This document shows, in pieces, positions 51,250 through 64,000 of a DNA stretch of 64,000 nt. Position numbers and translations under genes: made by a program. Location of the stretch: NCBI RefSeq assembly GCF_006345805.1, contig NC_043016.1:19034001-19098000 (forward strand), given 5' to 3'. The notes below the pieces were generated by a model. The model saw nothing but the letters and a program-made list of their open reading frames with translations, was not told where the DNA came from and did no database searches. Every line of letters starts with the position of its first letter. Positions within the stretch are counted from its first letter, which is position 1. Origin of the DNA: Octopus sinensis (Eukaryota).

Positions 51250-53790
51250 AAGTGCCAGATTGGTGTCTGGCAATGTTGAGTCTTTTTAATGGGTAGGGTC
51301 CTCTTTCTCCTTGCAACCCCCTTCACAGATGGTGCCTCAACAAAAACACCAGTGGTTATGTCATATCATTACTACAACGTACAATATAAGCGAAAATGTC
51401 AAATGAAATGTATTAAACAACGGCGTGAATGAGGTTGGAACTGATAACTATGAATGTCTCTCACCCAGCAGGTATCCTTTTGCACAGCAAGATAATACAC
51501 GGTCGTCAATCTAGCTACTGCAGACAAAATAAAAGAGGAACGATCGACTAGAGCAGACTGAATGCAACTGTGCGGGAAGGTTACATCCGGAGTGAACCTT
51601 GTAGATTTGACTACATGGACAGAATAAGAGAGATATGATTCGAAAAAGAATGTTTGGTGTAACCTGACAGAGATGGAGTGACCAAGTGAGACCAAAAATT
51701 ATGAAAAGCTGATTGATATATGTATAGTGGATGTCAATGACTCTGAAAACAGAGACAGGGAAGTTCAGTATCGTGAGGCTGCTGACTATGCACGGAAAAT
51801 CAGAACAACTTTTCTGATGAAGTGTTGTTTATTGCTGGTAGATTACATGATATTATTGAGTCAGATGAAAGAAAAAGATTACTATCAATAAAAGATATAA
51901 CAGAAAACTCAACAATCAAAAAGGCGCAGATAGTTAGCAAGGTTTTGAACTATTACTGTAGCAGTAATAGTAACTGAAGGACTTGGAGTGAAAAAAATCA
52001 TAATCTTAAAAGAAAGGAAGAGTACCCTGGTAGAAAAGGCGATTGCAGGCACAGGTAGACCAGTTGCGAAAAGCCCTTGCAGAATAGAAATTCTGGGCAA
52101 CGAGAATAAGATAAAAACTAGATTCGCTGAAGCAATCCAAAGAATGTACTGACAGAAATAAAAAGGATATAGGAGAGTAATAGAAGAATTAAAACAAAGG
52201 ATAAAAGCAAAAACTGCCAACATCAAGAGATTCGACGATAGAATTTAACACATCAGACAATATGAATTGTTCGAAACAGATCAAAGTAGATTTTGCAAGG
52301 AACTAAACGGAGATGTTACGGTAAATGGACCATCTAACAAGATAGACACAAAGCAATTCTGGAGAGACATTTGGACCCAAGAAGTGAAGCACAATGGTGA
52401 TGCAGAATGGTTAAAAATATAAAGACAAATAACGCAAGATTGGCCAAAACACAGAGATCAGTGGAGGAAAGCTGAAATTTATCTTGAAAGGGATGTCAAA
52501 CTGGAAATCTCTTGGACGACTATATTAGTCCAAGGAATTCGACTAAAAAGCTTCTCTGCTCTTTATGATAAAATAAGCACACAACTAAACATTGAGACAG
52601 GTGATGTCCCCGAATAGATAACGCAAGGCAGGAAGGTGTTGATGGAGGAAGGTCAAAAGAAAGGAAACATAGCAAGTAACTACTGATACCTGTTGACAGG
52701 TGTTATTGCAAACGATACCTATAAATATCTTGAGAAGGGAAATCTACTGCCAAAAAAACTTGAAAGGTTTTAGAAAAGGCTCTAAGGGCTCAAACAACCC
52801 ATTGTATATTGATGAACAAGTCTTCCGAGAGGTCAAATGTGAGAAGAAAAACTTAACTGCATGGTTTGATTGCCAAAAGGCATAACGTGCCACACTCATA
52901 GATCCAAGGATGCCTCAGTATATATTTGGTATAGTAGAGAATATTGTTCGGCTCTTAAACAACAGTATGTGAAATGGAAAGCTGAGCTAACATCAGGTCA
53001 AAATAAGTTAGAGGTGGTAGAGACTCCACTGGTACTGATTGTACTTGACAGATTCCAAAAGGAGCTCCATATATATGGTCAGTTCTGAAGAGTTCCATAT
53101 ATATGGCCAGTTCTGAAAAACCACTGAGGATATTTATGGAATAAAATCATGGACTTGGTTGAAAAAGGGGAAAATTGAAAAAGGAATCGGAGAGCCTTGT
53201 TTTAACAGCTCAAGATCGAACAAACAACTTGAAAGAATATGTGAAAGAGGAGAATTTGTCGGAAAAAAATCTAGATTATGTGGAAGTTTGGATGAAACAG
53301 TGGTACACACTGCTACCGAATGTCTAAAGTGCAGGTTTGAAGCAGGGTACGTAGCAAAATCATCAGATAAAAAGAGTACTTGAATCGGAAACATGCAAAA
53401 TTTTGTGGGAGTTTCCAATTCAAATGGATCTGAAGATAGAGCATAACACGCCAGATATTACGATAATAGACAAAGAAAAGCGAATTTGCTTATTGATTGA
53501 TCCATCATGTCCTTTGATTCCAGGATCATGAAGAAAGCAGATGAAAAGTTTAAAAATAACGAATCCTTAAAATTTGTGATTGCATGGATTTGGAACATGA
53601 AATCTGTAAAGGTTGGGCCTGTGATAATTGGTATATTGGGAACTATAAATGAGTCTTAGAAAAATAAATAAATGAAAATGGGCTACAATGGACTGTACCG
53701 ATTCTACAGAAAGGTCGCCTCTATGAACAGGAAAGATTATCAGAAGGGTTTTGAGCACTTGATGGTTTATTAAAACTATGTGGATATCTA
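51250..53790 (+). mobile_element. R4/Dong-type LINE, long decayed copy (RT + RLE)
   Basis: QFWRDIW, WFDCQKA..VPHS, ILWEFPIQ and HNTPDITIIDKEKRICLLIDPSCPFD; internal deletions. Confidence 0.88.
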
Positions 53791-54225
53791 AGATTACCCC
53801 TTACCTACATAAGTAACCAGTTACCTGCATAAATTCCACAAGGAAAAAGATCAAAACTAAGAATAAGATGTGAAAATACGGATAAGCAGTATTGAAGGGA
53901 TAATCGATCAATCAATCTCTCTCTATATGTCTATCTCCCTACCTAAGTAACTAACTAACTATTTATCCACCTACCTACCAACTTACCTACCTATAGGTAG
54001 GTAAGCATCTATCTATCGATCGACCTATCGAACTATCTCTCTGCGTACTTGCCTATCTATTTATCTATCTGTCTATCCATGCATTTACCCATCTATCTGA
54101 AAAATTGTTGAAAACAAGGCAACAATGAAATGTTCATAGAAAATGCAAAGTTCTGCAGTTCTTTTTCTCCGGAGCCATAAAAATAAAACATTTGTGTGTA
54201 TGTGTGTGTGCGCGTGCACATGTGT

Positions 54226-54277
<52 letters not shown>

Positions 54278-54279
54278 CG

Positions 54280-55539
54280 CGTGTTGGATATTGACATAGT
54301 CATAAAAGATCTCGAGAAACTTACAATACCTCTGAATAACCTAGGGCTCTGGCATTCAGCATGCAAGTATGAAAAAGAAGATCAGGAAGGAGCTTTACAG
54401 GAGAGTTCAAGCAGTCCTAAAATCCGAGCTAAATGCACGTAACAAGGTGTTAGCTATAAATTCCTTAGCAGTTCCTATTGTTATTTCAGTTCCAGTGTGT
54501 TTGGACTCAAATATAAGCGAAATAAGGGAGATTGACAGGAAAATGTGTAAGCTGCTGACTTGCAATAATATGCACTGCCCAAAGGCAGATGCAGATCGTC
54601 TTTACCTACCCAGAGCTCAAGGAGGTTGAGGTTTTGATCCAATTTGAAATCTCCTACAAAACCACCACTATTGGACTGGTGAAATATCTTGGATGCTAAA
54701 GCTCGTTGAAAACCATGAAACACGTAAGAAACTTCATTCTGTTATGAAGGAAAGCAAAAACTTTTCAAGTGCATTTATGCATAATATTCAGGCTGAACAG
54801 CATGAGGGTAGTGTTGCAACTGTAGTTGCAAGGAAGGTGAAACCAATGGCAAAGCAAAATGCGTTTCAACAACTGGCTGATAGGTGCTAATCGAAATCGA
54901 AAAGATGTGGCATCTGAAAACGGTTACAATACCTATTTTTCTTATTACCCACAAGGGGCTAAACACAGAGGGGACAAACAAGGACAGACATAGGTATTAA
55001 GTCGAATACATCGACCCAGTGCGTAACTGGTACTTAATTTATCGACCCGAAAGGATTGAAAGGCAAAGTCGACCTCGCGGAATTTGAACTTACAACGTAA
55101 CGCAGACGAAATACGCTAAGCATTTCGCCCGGCGTGCTAACGTTCTGCCAGCTCGCCGCCTTTTGCAATACCATGATTGTAGGAGGACTTGGAGTCATCA
55201 GAAAAGGAACTGAGAATTATTTAAGAATGATTCCTGTCTTAACATCCATGCAGGATGTACAAAAGATTGCCTCAACTGGTACGTCACACACATTGTCGTT
55301 GAAAATTTTCTTTCCTTTTTCCCTCTTTTAATTTATTCGTTTACTCTTCTATTTTTTATTGTTCCTTTTTCCCTCTGTCTTACCCCTTTTCTCTGTCACG
55401 TGAATTTGTAAATGAACAAACTGGTGTGCTCGTTTTTAATGGCCTACAATTGTATACAGTAGTTTCTTGCCTTAGGTGTCAGGAAGACACTCGGCAAGAA
55501 ATGGAAACAGAATTGAAAGAAGATGCTAATGAAATAATA

Positions 55540-55617
<78 letters not shown>
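54280..55617 (+). mobile_element. R4/Dong-type LINE 3' part with (TAA)n tail
   Basis: KSELNARNKVLAINSLAVP, KADADRLYLPRAQGG, KMWHLKTVTIP and IVGGLG; 3' UTR then (TAA)n. Confidence 0.88.
54934..55165 (-). mobile_element. SINE family B inserted in the R4/Dong ORF
   Basis: Flanked by caatacc at 54927-54933 and 55166-55172. Confidence 0.9.
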
Positions 55618-56073
55618 GGGCTACAGCAAATATTCTGCTCAATACCACAGATTTGCTTGTCAGTGTTTGACCTAACCAGTTGAGCATGTCCCTTAGTGGC
55701 TGACGATATGTGCATCTCTGATCACGAGCAGAAGTAGTGGGGGAGCATCATAGCCATGTGTTGAGAAGGATTCTTTGGGGTTTGAATAGTTCACCTCTGG
55801 AAACATGGGTGGTTCTTTCAACATCCTTAAACAAACCTTATTCAGGGACCGTTTGACCGGGATGGGCTACTCAACCTGAAGAAAATTCTAACTGGGCCCC
55901 ACCTGCAAGGTCATGTGCTGTTTATCTTGATATGAGATCACCATGTCGCGCACATATGGTTGTGATGCATGTGCCTGGTGTACCTTTATCAGACGGGTAG
56001 TCATGATGGGTATAGTGGGCTTCGTATATTTTACCCCAGTGTCACTTTAATGGCATGAACTGCTCTCTCACTC
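55618..56073 (+). mobile_element. Family D retroposon, longest copy
   Basis: gggctacagcaaat...ggggagcatcatagccatgtg...ctgctctctcactc then (AAT)n. Confidence 0.85.
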
Positions 56074-56225
56074 AATAATAATAATAATAATAATAATAAC
56101 AATAACAACAACAATAACAATAACAATAACAATAACAATAACAATAACAATAATAATAACAATAATAATAACAATAATAATAATAATAACAATAATAATA
56201 ATTATAATAATAATAATAATAATAA

Positions 56226-56263
<38 letters not shown>

Positions 56264-56315
56264 TAACAATAACAATAACAATAACAATAACAATAATAAT
56301 AACAATAATAATAAC

Positions 56316-56346
<31 letters not shown>

Positions 56347-56409
56347 TAACAATAACAATAACAATAACAATAACAATAACAATAACAATAATAATATCAA
56401 TAATAATAA

Positions 56410-56444
<35 letters not shown>

Positions 56445-56466
56445 TAATAATAATAATAATAATAAC

Positions 56467-56513
<47 letters not shown>

Positions 56514-56523
56514 TAATAATAAC

Positions 56524-56564
<41 letters not shown>

Positions 56565-56874
56565 TAACAATAACAATAACAATAACAATAACAATAATAA
56601 TAACAATAATAATAACAATAATAATAATAATATAATAAAACAATAATAATAATAATAATAATAACAATAATAATTAATAATAATAATAATAATAATTAAT
56701 ACAATAACAATAACAATAACAATAACAATAACAATAACAATAACAATAACAATAATAATAACAATAATAATAACAATAACAATAACAATAACAATAATAC
56801 TAACAATAATAATAACAATAATAATAATTAATAATAATAATAATAATAATAAATAATAATAATAATAACAAAAC

Positions 56875-56907
<33 letters not shown>

Positions 56908-57035
56908 TAATAATAATAATAACAATAATAATAGCAATAATAATAATAATAATCATAATAATAATAATAATATAACAATAACAATAACAATAATAATAAC
57001 AATAATAATACAATAATAATAATAATAATAATAAC

Positions 57036-57083
<48 letters not shown>

Positions 57084-57145
57084 ACAATAACAATAACAAT
57101 AACAATAACAATAACAATAACAATAATAATAACAATAATAATAAC

Positions 57146-57183
<38 letters not shown>

Positions 57184-57208
57184 TAATAATAATAATAATA
57201 ATAATAAC

Positions 57209-57246
<38 letters not shown>

Positions 57247-57545
57247 TAACAATAACAATAACAATAACAATAACAATAACAATAACAATAATAATAACAA
57301 TAACAATAACAATAATAATAATAATAATAAAACAATAATAATAATAATAATAATAATAACAATAATAATAATAATAATAATAATAATATAATATTAATAA
57401 CAATAACAATAACAATAACAATAACAATAACATAACAATAATAATAACAATAACAATAACAATAACAATAACAATAACAATAAACAATAACAATAATAAT
57501 AACAATAATAATAACAATAATAATAATAATAATAATAATAAACAA

Positions 57546-57599
<54 letters not shown>

Positions 57600-57642
57600 C
57601 ATAATAATAATAATAATAATAATAATAATATAATAATAATAA

Positions 57643-57689
<47 letters not shown>
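56074..57689. repeat. 1.6-kb (AAT/AAC)n compound microsatellite
   Basis: Direct inspection. Confidence 0.97.
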
Positions 57690-57935
57690 GTAGGCGCATT
57701 AGTATGATGAAAAATATTCAGACAAATACATAACAAAAACACCAGGATTTACAATATATATAACATACAGAAAATTGCACTATTAAGCACTGCACACATC
57801 CTACACAAAACACTTTCAATACAGTGAAAATAAGAGCATCACAGCAAACCACAGCACATACCGAAGGTACACAGAGCTGCTCTCGGTAGTGAAGTGAAAG
57901 CACGTTATAAAAATAAAACTATTGAATAATACTGA
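57690..57935 (+). mobile_element. R4/Dong-type 3' end (different subfamily)
   Basis: Decayed VGAL..IQKIALLSTAHIL.KTLSIQ followed by a UTR. Confidence 0.7.
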
Positions 57936-57937
57936 TA

Positions 57938-58263
57938 ATGGGGGAGCATCATAGCCATGTGTTCAGAGGATTTCTTTGGGGTTTGGATAATTCACCTCTG
58001 GAAACATGGGTGTTTCGTTCAGCGTCCTTAAACAACCCTTATTCACAGACCTTTTGAGCAGGATGGGCTACTCGGCCTAAAGAAAATTCTAACTGCCCCA
58101 TCCCTGCAAGGCGATGTGCTGTTAATCTTGATATGAGATCACAATGTCGCATACATATGGTTGTGATACATGTGCGTGATCTATCCTTACGGGTAGTCAA
58201 GATGCGTATATTGGGTTCGTATAATTGTACCCCTATTTGATGGCATGCTCTGCTCTCACACTT
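57938..58263 (+). mobile_element. Family D retroposon, 5'-truncated, (AAT/GAT)n tail
   Basis: Homologous to 55738-56073. Confidence 0.85.
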
Positions 58264-58309
58264 AATAATAATAATAATAATATTAATAATAATGATGATG
58301 ATGATGATG

Positions 58310-58346
<37 letters not shown>

Positions 58347-58359
58347 TAATAATGATAAT

Positions 58360-58466
<107 letters not shown>

Positions 58467-58914
58467 AATTGTTTTAAATATTGTTTTAAATATTGTAACG
58501 CATACCATTACTACATATGTTACAGAACATAAATTATACAATTATTATAACAAAACATAATGCAATTTATAATGGAATATAATGCATTCTTGCGTTATAA
58601 ACACATAGATTTACCCGTTTGTGCCTGCGCGTGTATGTCTTTCTGTGGAAAAAAAAACCGCCACCAATGCTAAATCCTAATAGCAATATTATTAATGACG
58701 TTTTCTTGCCTAAATATGAATGTTTTCTTTATTGATAATAGTAATAACAATAGTCACATCAATAATAATGATCACCATCATCAGCATCGTCATCAGCAGC
58801 ACCAGCACTCTATTTGTACTGCTATATTCGTTATTCCAACATAGAAGATGATGGCTGAAATTTCTAATACGTTTTGTGAAATAAATGCAGGGTCTTAATA
58901 ATATTTACTTAATC

Positions 58915-59095
58915 AGCATTCTGAGTTCAAATCCTGCTGCGGTGAACAGCAACCCTTCATTTTTCCAGATCCGACAAAGAAAGCACCAGATGAACTGAGG
59001 GCGATATTTTCCATGAGTATTAGTTGAGCCCTAGGGTCGAATTAATCGACTTCCACACCTCCCTAAAATTGTTGCCCTTGTGCCATAATTTGAAA
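58915..59095 (+). mobile_element. Diverged SINE family B followed by (TTA)n to ~59455
   Basis: ttctgagttcaaatcc..gggtcgaattaatcgact. Confidence 0.65.
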
Positions 59096-59113
59096 CTATT
59101 ATCATTATTATTG

Positions 59114-59171
<58 letters not shown>

Positions 59172-59303
59172 CATTATTATTATATCATTATTATTATCAT
59201 TATTATTATTATCATTATATTATCATTATTATTATCATTATTATTATTATTATTGCTGTTGTTGTTATTATTATTATTATCATTATTATTATTATTATTA
59301 TTT

Positions 59304-59334
<31 letters not shown>

Positions 59335-59404
59335 CATTATTATTATTATTATTATTATCATTATTATTATTATCATTATTATTATTATTGTTGTGTTGTT
59401 GTTG

Positions 59405-59456
<52 letters not shown>

Positions 59457-60179
59457 GGCAAATCATAATCAATATATCGTCAGTAACAACATGATCAGCA
59501 GCAGCAGCATCACCAGTAACAGCAACAAGAACAGCTCCACCACCTCCACCATCATCAAATTCCTATTCTGATTATCATTGTCAACAGCATCATCACTATG
59601 AGGATGATGATTATGATCATCATCACCACTACCACCACCATCATCACTATCACCATCATCATCATCATCATCATCCTCATCAGATTCGTCATCATCAGCT
59701 TCATCTTCATAGGCACCAACCAGTAGCAGCAGCAGCAGCAGCAGCAGAGGCCAACATTACCATCTCCATAATTATCGTCTTCATGAAAATAGCTTAGAGG
59801 ATGATATAAGGAATGAACAAGAACAAGGAAAAACTACAATAAAAAAAAGGAATATGTATGTCAAAACTATAAAATTATACACTGTATAACTACGAAACAT
59901 AATAATACTTTAAAATATGATAAAATATGAAATGATAAAATAAAATAAAATATTAAGCAAAAATATGTTGAAAAAAGCGTTAATGTAAAATAAATAGTCA
60001 TATACAGAGTCAGCGTTTCCAAAAGCACTGATTTGACTAATTGTTCTTGATTATCGCCTAAACTACAAGAGAACGCTGTAGAATACCAATGGAAATTTGA
60101 TAATCTCATCAAACTAATACAACTGCATAACAAGTTAATAGAATATGGTCGCTGGAAGAAATAATTTTTATAAATTGAA

Positions 60180-60213
<34 letters not shown>

Positions 60214-60454
60214 GTTGTTGTTGTTGTTGATACTACCACTACTACTACTACTACTTCAACTACTACTACTACAACTGCTGCTGCTACTGTTACTACTACT
60301 CTTGTTGTTGTTGTTGTTGTCATCGAAGTTGTTGATGAAGGTGGTAGTGGTGGGGATTTTATTGTTCATATTGTTTGCCGGTGACGCACACAGTTTTACA
60401 CACATCTACTTAAAAGATATCTTTTTTCGGCGATTACTATATCAAGACAACAAC

Positions 60455-60517
<63 letters not shown>

Positions 60518-60559
60518 CATCATCATTATTGTTATTATTATTATTATTATTATTATGAA

Positions 60560-61270
60560 AGACTTTCGGATTGTCCTTAATTACCGGTTACTCTTTACTT
60601 GAAAGCAAGCAATGAGAAATCACCAACAGTTTCAAGTAGTGCTTTCTCCTGTGACTCAAAGAGACAATAATCTTCTTAGAATGCGAGCTGTACCCAACAA
60701 TGCTGTCCTCTGCATCACTTTGAGCATGACAGCAGCTCCAGTATTCTTAATATGTTTTTCAAAGCTCTTGGAAACTGCTCCTAATGCTTCAGTTACCACT
60801 GATATCACCATTACTTTTCTCATGCTCCATAACTTATCTATCTCGTCCCGCTGTGGCTGGTATTTCTCACACTTTTCCTTACATTTCACCCTTGAATCAC
60901 CTGATACTGCAGCATCTATTATCTTTGCTTCTTTTTCATCTTTATGGATGAGCACGATATATGGTCGTCTTTCTTCTATGACTTGGTCGCACAGTATGTT
61001 AAAATCCCAGAGTATTTTGTAATGTTCGTTTGCCATTACTCCTGCCTTCTGTTCATACCATTGTTCGGCTCTCTTGGGCTTTACTTTACCGCTCAACAAC
61101 CAGTGGACATATCTGGTCACATTGTTGTTTCTCCTTTTGTATTCGCGTTGTACACTCACAAGCAATGTGGCTTATACTTTCTCCCTTCTCAGAGCACATC
61201 CTACACTGTGGCGAGTTGGTTCTTTTATCAAAGTACTTATATCTCTCTGAGATATTTAGAAATGTAATAT
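60560..61270 (-). mobile_element. R4/Dong-type LINE 3' end (CCHC + RLE), (TAA)n tail at 60455-60556
   Basis: CRMCSEKGESISHIACEC; ORF 60656-61165 KILWDFNILCDQVIEERRPYIVLI..KIIDAAVSGD..EKY..ALLGTARILRR. Confidence 0.92.
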
Positions 61271-61329
61271 TTCTATTTTTGTAATTAGTGAATTTATTTC
61301 ACTAGAATTCTTATATATTTACAAGGGCT

Positions 61330-61515
61330 ATATTTACATGCTACTCCAGACTGATGACGAGCAAAGACTCAGAAACTAGTCTCTGTTTGCAGACTTAGCT
61401 GGATGGAGGTGCTTATCTCCCCCTTGTAAACGTAAGGACACAGGAATGTGTCAACGCCGACAGGACGCGTTGCTGTTTCTTAGGGCTAAATAGCAGTGGT
61501 GTGATTCCCATCTCT
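61330..61515 (+). mobile_element. Second copy of the hammerhead-bearing repeat (homolog of 9175-9350)
   Basis: taaggacacaggaatgtgtcaa.gccgacagga and tagggctaaatagc shared in inverted orientation. Confidence 0.85.
61347..61385 (+). ncRNA. Type I hammerhead ribozyme motif
   Basis: caga CTGATGA c-gag-caaaga-ctc-a GAAA ctag TC tctg; palindromic stem III ACTAGT, GUC triplet. Confidence 0.82.
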
Positions 61516-61516
61516 T

Positions 61517-61550
<34 letters not shown>

Positions 61551-61776
61551 TATAAATAGATGAGTGTATTTTACCTTGTTAACAATTAACACGGATAAAT
61601 GAATGAATAGTTACCAGGGCAGCAAAAATCTCACAAGTAAAGATGTTGTAACTCCTTGTTTATAAAGGTTGAAACTTCGTGTTTACGTTGAATATTGAAT
61701 AATATGAATAAAAAATGTAGAAACATATGTAGAAAGTAAAAATACTTGTTAAATTGCGTTAACTCCATTTTTATTC

Positions 61777-61826
<50 letters not shown>

Positions 61827-61869
61827 ATATTATATATATATATATATATATGGTGGTTGTCTCCTCCTT

Positions 61870-62400
61870 ATGCACAGTCTGACCACTTCTTGTACGTACA
61901 CCTTAGATCTATCATGCTATCTGATGTGGATTTTTAAACCAGACAATGTTTTGAAAAGACACCCACATAAATTGCCTATCTGTTTTGAACCATCAAGAGC
62001 AGCAGTTAAGTTTTGATCTTTGTGTATCTTAAAATGTCTTTTGAAACCTCCTTTGGATTTGCAGACTTTATGGCATACACGGCATTGAAAACTGTGCAGA
62101 GATATATTGGCTGAGTAGTTGGTGGAGGTTCGTTTTCATGCATCTGCAAATGAGATTTGAGCCCAGCAAAAGAGAGACACTCTTTCACAAATTATACACA
62201 CAAATAGGTGGTTGAGATTCATTTTCTCGTTGAGCATAGCAGTTTTCTTTAAATTTCTTGATTTTCGCATGGGTCATCTTGGTTTCTTCAAAGCTTTCAC
62301 TCTAATCTACACTTTTGCTCGATCCGAAGCAAAGGTTTCTATGGCCTTTGGATCCATTCGAAGTGACTTTATGTTAATCATTGTACAGTCCTTAAACCTA
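61870..62400 (-). mobile_element. Probable RTE-type LINE 3' end with three C2H2 zinc fingers
   Basis: KECLSFAGLKSHLQMH, CRVCHKVCKSKGGFKRHFKIH and LCGCLFKTLSGLKIHIR*H, placed like the fingers at 37770-37960. Confidence 0.65.
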
Positions 62401-62415
62401 TTTATATATATATAT

Positions 62416-62459
<44 letters not shown>

Positions 62460-62486
62460 TATATATAATATATATATATAATATAT

Positions 62487-62644
62487 GCAGAAGTGGCGTG
62501 TAGTAAGTAGCTTGCTTACCAGCTACATGGTTCGGGTTCATTCCCACTGAGTAGCAATCCCGGCAAGTGTCTTCTACTATACCCTCGGGCCGACTAAAGC
62601 ATTGTGAGTGGATTTGGTAGACGGAAACTGAAAGAAGTCCGTCG

Positions 62645-62723
<79 letters not shown>

Positions 62724-62935
62724 TGTATGTATGTATTTTATGTGTCTGCGTTTGTTCCCCAACATCGCTTGACAACCGATGGTGGCGTGTCTACGTTCCC
62801 GTAATCTAACGGTTAGGCAAAACAGACCGATAGAATAAGTAATAGGCTCGCAAAAAATACGTCCTGGGGTCGATTAGTTTGACTAAAGGCGGTGCTCGAG
62901 CATGGCCGCATTCAAAAGACTGGAACAAATAAAAT
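62487..62935 (+). mobile_element. SINE family A
   Basis: Family A sequence. Confidence 0.9.
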
Positions 62936-62960
62936 ACATATATATATGTATGTACGTATA

Positions 62961-62996
<36 letters not shown>

Positions 62997-63000
<4 letters not shown>

Positions 63001-63170
63001 TCTTTTACTTGTTTCAGTCATCTGACTGCGGCCATGCTGGAGCACCGCCTTTAATCAAGCAACTTGACCCCGGGACTTATTCTTTTGTAAGCCTAGTACT
63101 TATTCTATCGGCCTCGTTTGCCGAACCGCTAAGTAACGGGGACATAAACACACCAGCATTGGTTGTCAAG
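62997..63170 (-). mobile_element. SINE family A 3' part, inverted
   Basis: Reverse complement of the family A 3' half. Confidence 0.9.
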
Positions 63171-64000
63171 CTCGATTTGATTACCAAGAGACTCACACTT
63201 ATGTGTTGACCTTGTGTCAGTGGTCTAAATAGTAATTTGTTTCTATAACGCTAATAGCAATTGCCTTTGTAGACTGTTTCCACTAGACACTAACCGAATG
63301 TTCAGGCTGAGCGTGAGCTGCAACGATCTTTCAAGATTATGATTAACTCAAACGTCATGGCTGATACTCTACCCTTTTTTAATGACTTATTTAAAAGGTA
63401 CCACATAAAAGGATGATCTGGAAATATCTTATCCTCTGCAGCTCGATGTTTGTGTAGAGATCATTCCGGAAGGATACATTTCTGGGAAAATAATTATATA
63501 ACTAATGTTATATGACGTCACGGTCAGTATACTGACTTATTGACTCTTAATTATATATCTGCATTATCTTTAAGACCATGGTATGTTATAAAAGACTTTT
63601 CGATAATCAATTTGTGTCATACTTCTATATTTTCTGGTCTGTATCTATCTTCAGTAATTACCTGCTCTGCCATCCATATATCCATCCGTTCTTTCATTCT
63701 TTCTCATTTGATGCTTCCTGGAATGTACCAAAGTGATATACCATTAGCCAACATATTAGTAGGCAGCATGTTCTTGATTACAGATGTCAGTGTTTGATAT
63801 ATTATTGATGAGAAAGTTTTTCTAAATAATTTTACTGACCTCATTTATTTATTTATTTATTTATTTATTGGTTGGTTGGTTGGTTGGTTGGTTGGTTGAT
63901 TGGTTGATTACTTGGATTACGATGTCTATTTTGGGTCTGATTTTATTAATATTCCATTGAAAAGCATCACGTGAGTGTAAATATTTTGTCAAAAAGTTTA

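Noticed and set aside
51250-51350. Possible HDV-like ribozyme at the Dong 5' end
   Set aside because: Only a simple hairpin (tgccaga/tctggca) is visible; the nested double pseudoknot could not be built by eye.

Overview
Eukaryotic, AT-rich, microsatellite-saturated genomic DNA made almost entirely of decayed transposable elements. The SINE families and (TA)n/(TAA)n load resemble an octopus (coleoid cephalopod) genome; this is from recall of the repeats, not a search. No intact host gene can be supported, so the window is intergenic or inside a very long intron. It has one 100-N gap (43310-43409). Recognisable elements are Penelope-like elements (RT + GIY-YIG), an RTE LINE interrupted by a Helitron, CR1/L2-type LINEs, several R4/Dong-type (RLE) LINEs, L1/Tx1 pieces, three Tc1/mariner relics, a Chapaev-like relic and three tRNA-type SINE families. 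The most notable signal is a set of minimal type I hammerhead ribozyme motifs from at least three repeat families (6968-7073, 7323-7385, 9299-9342, 61347-61385). Two homologous copies differ in their helices but keep base pairing and the catalytic core, and one sits in a 354-bp tandem unit reminiscent of retrozymes or PLE terminal repeats. Element boundaries are approximate unless a TSD or terminal motif is quoted.
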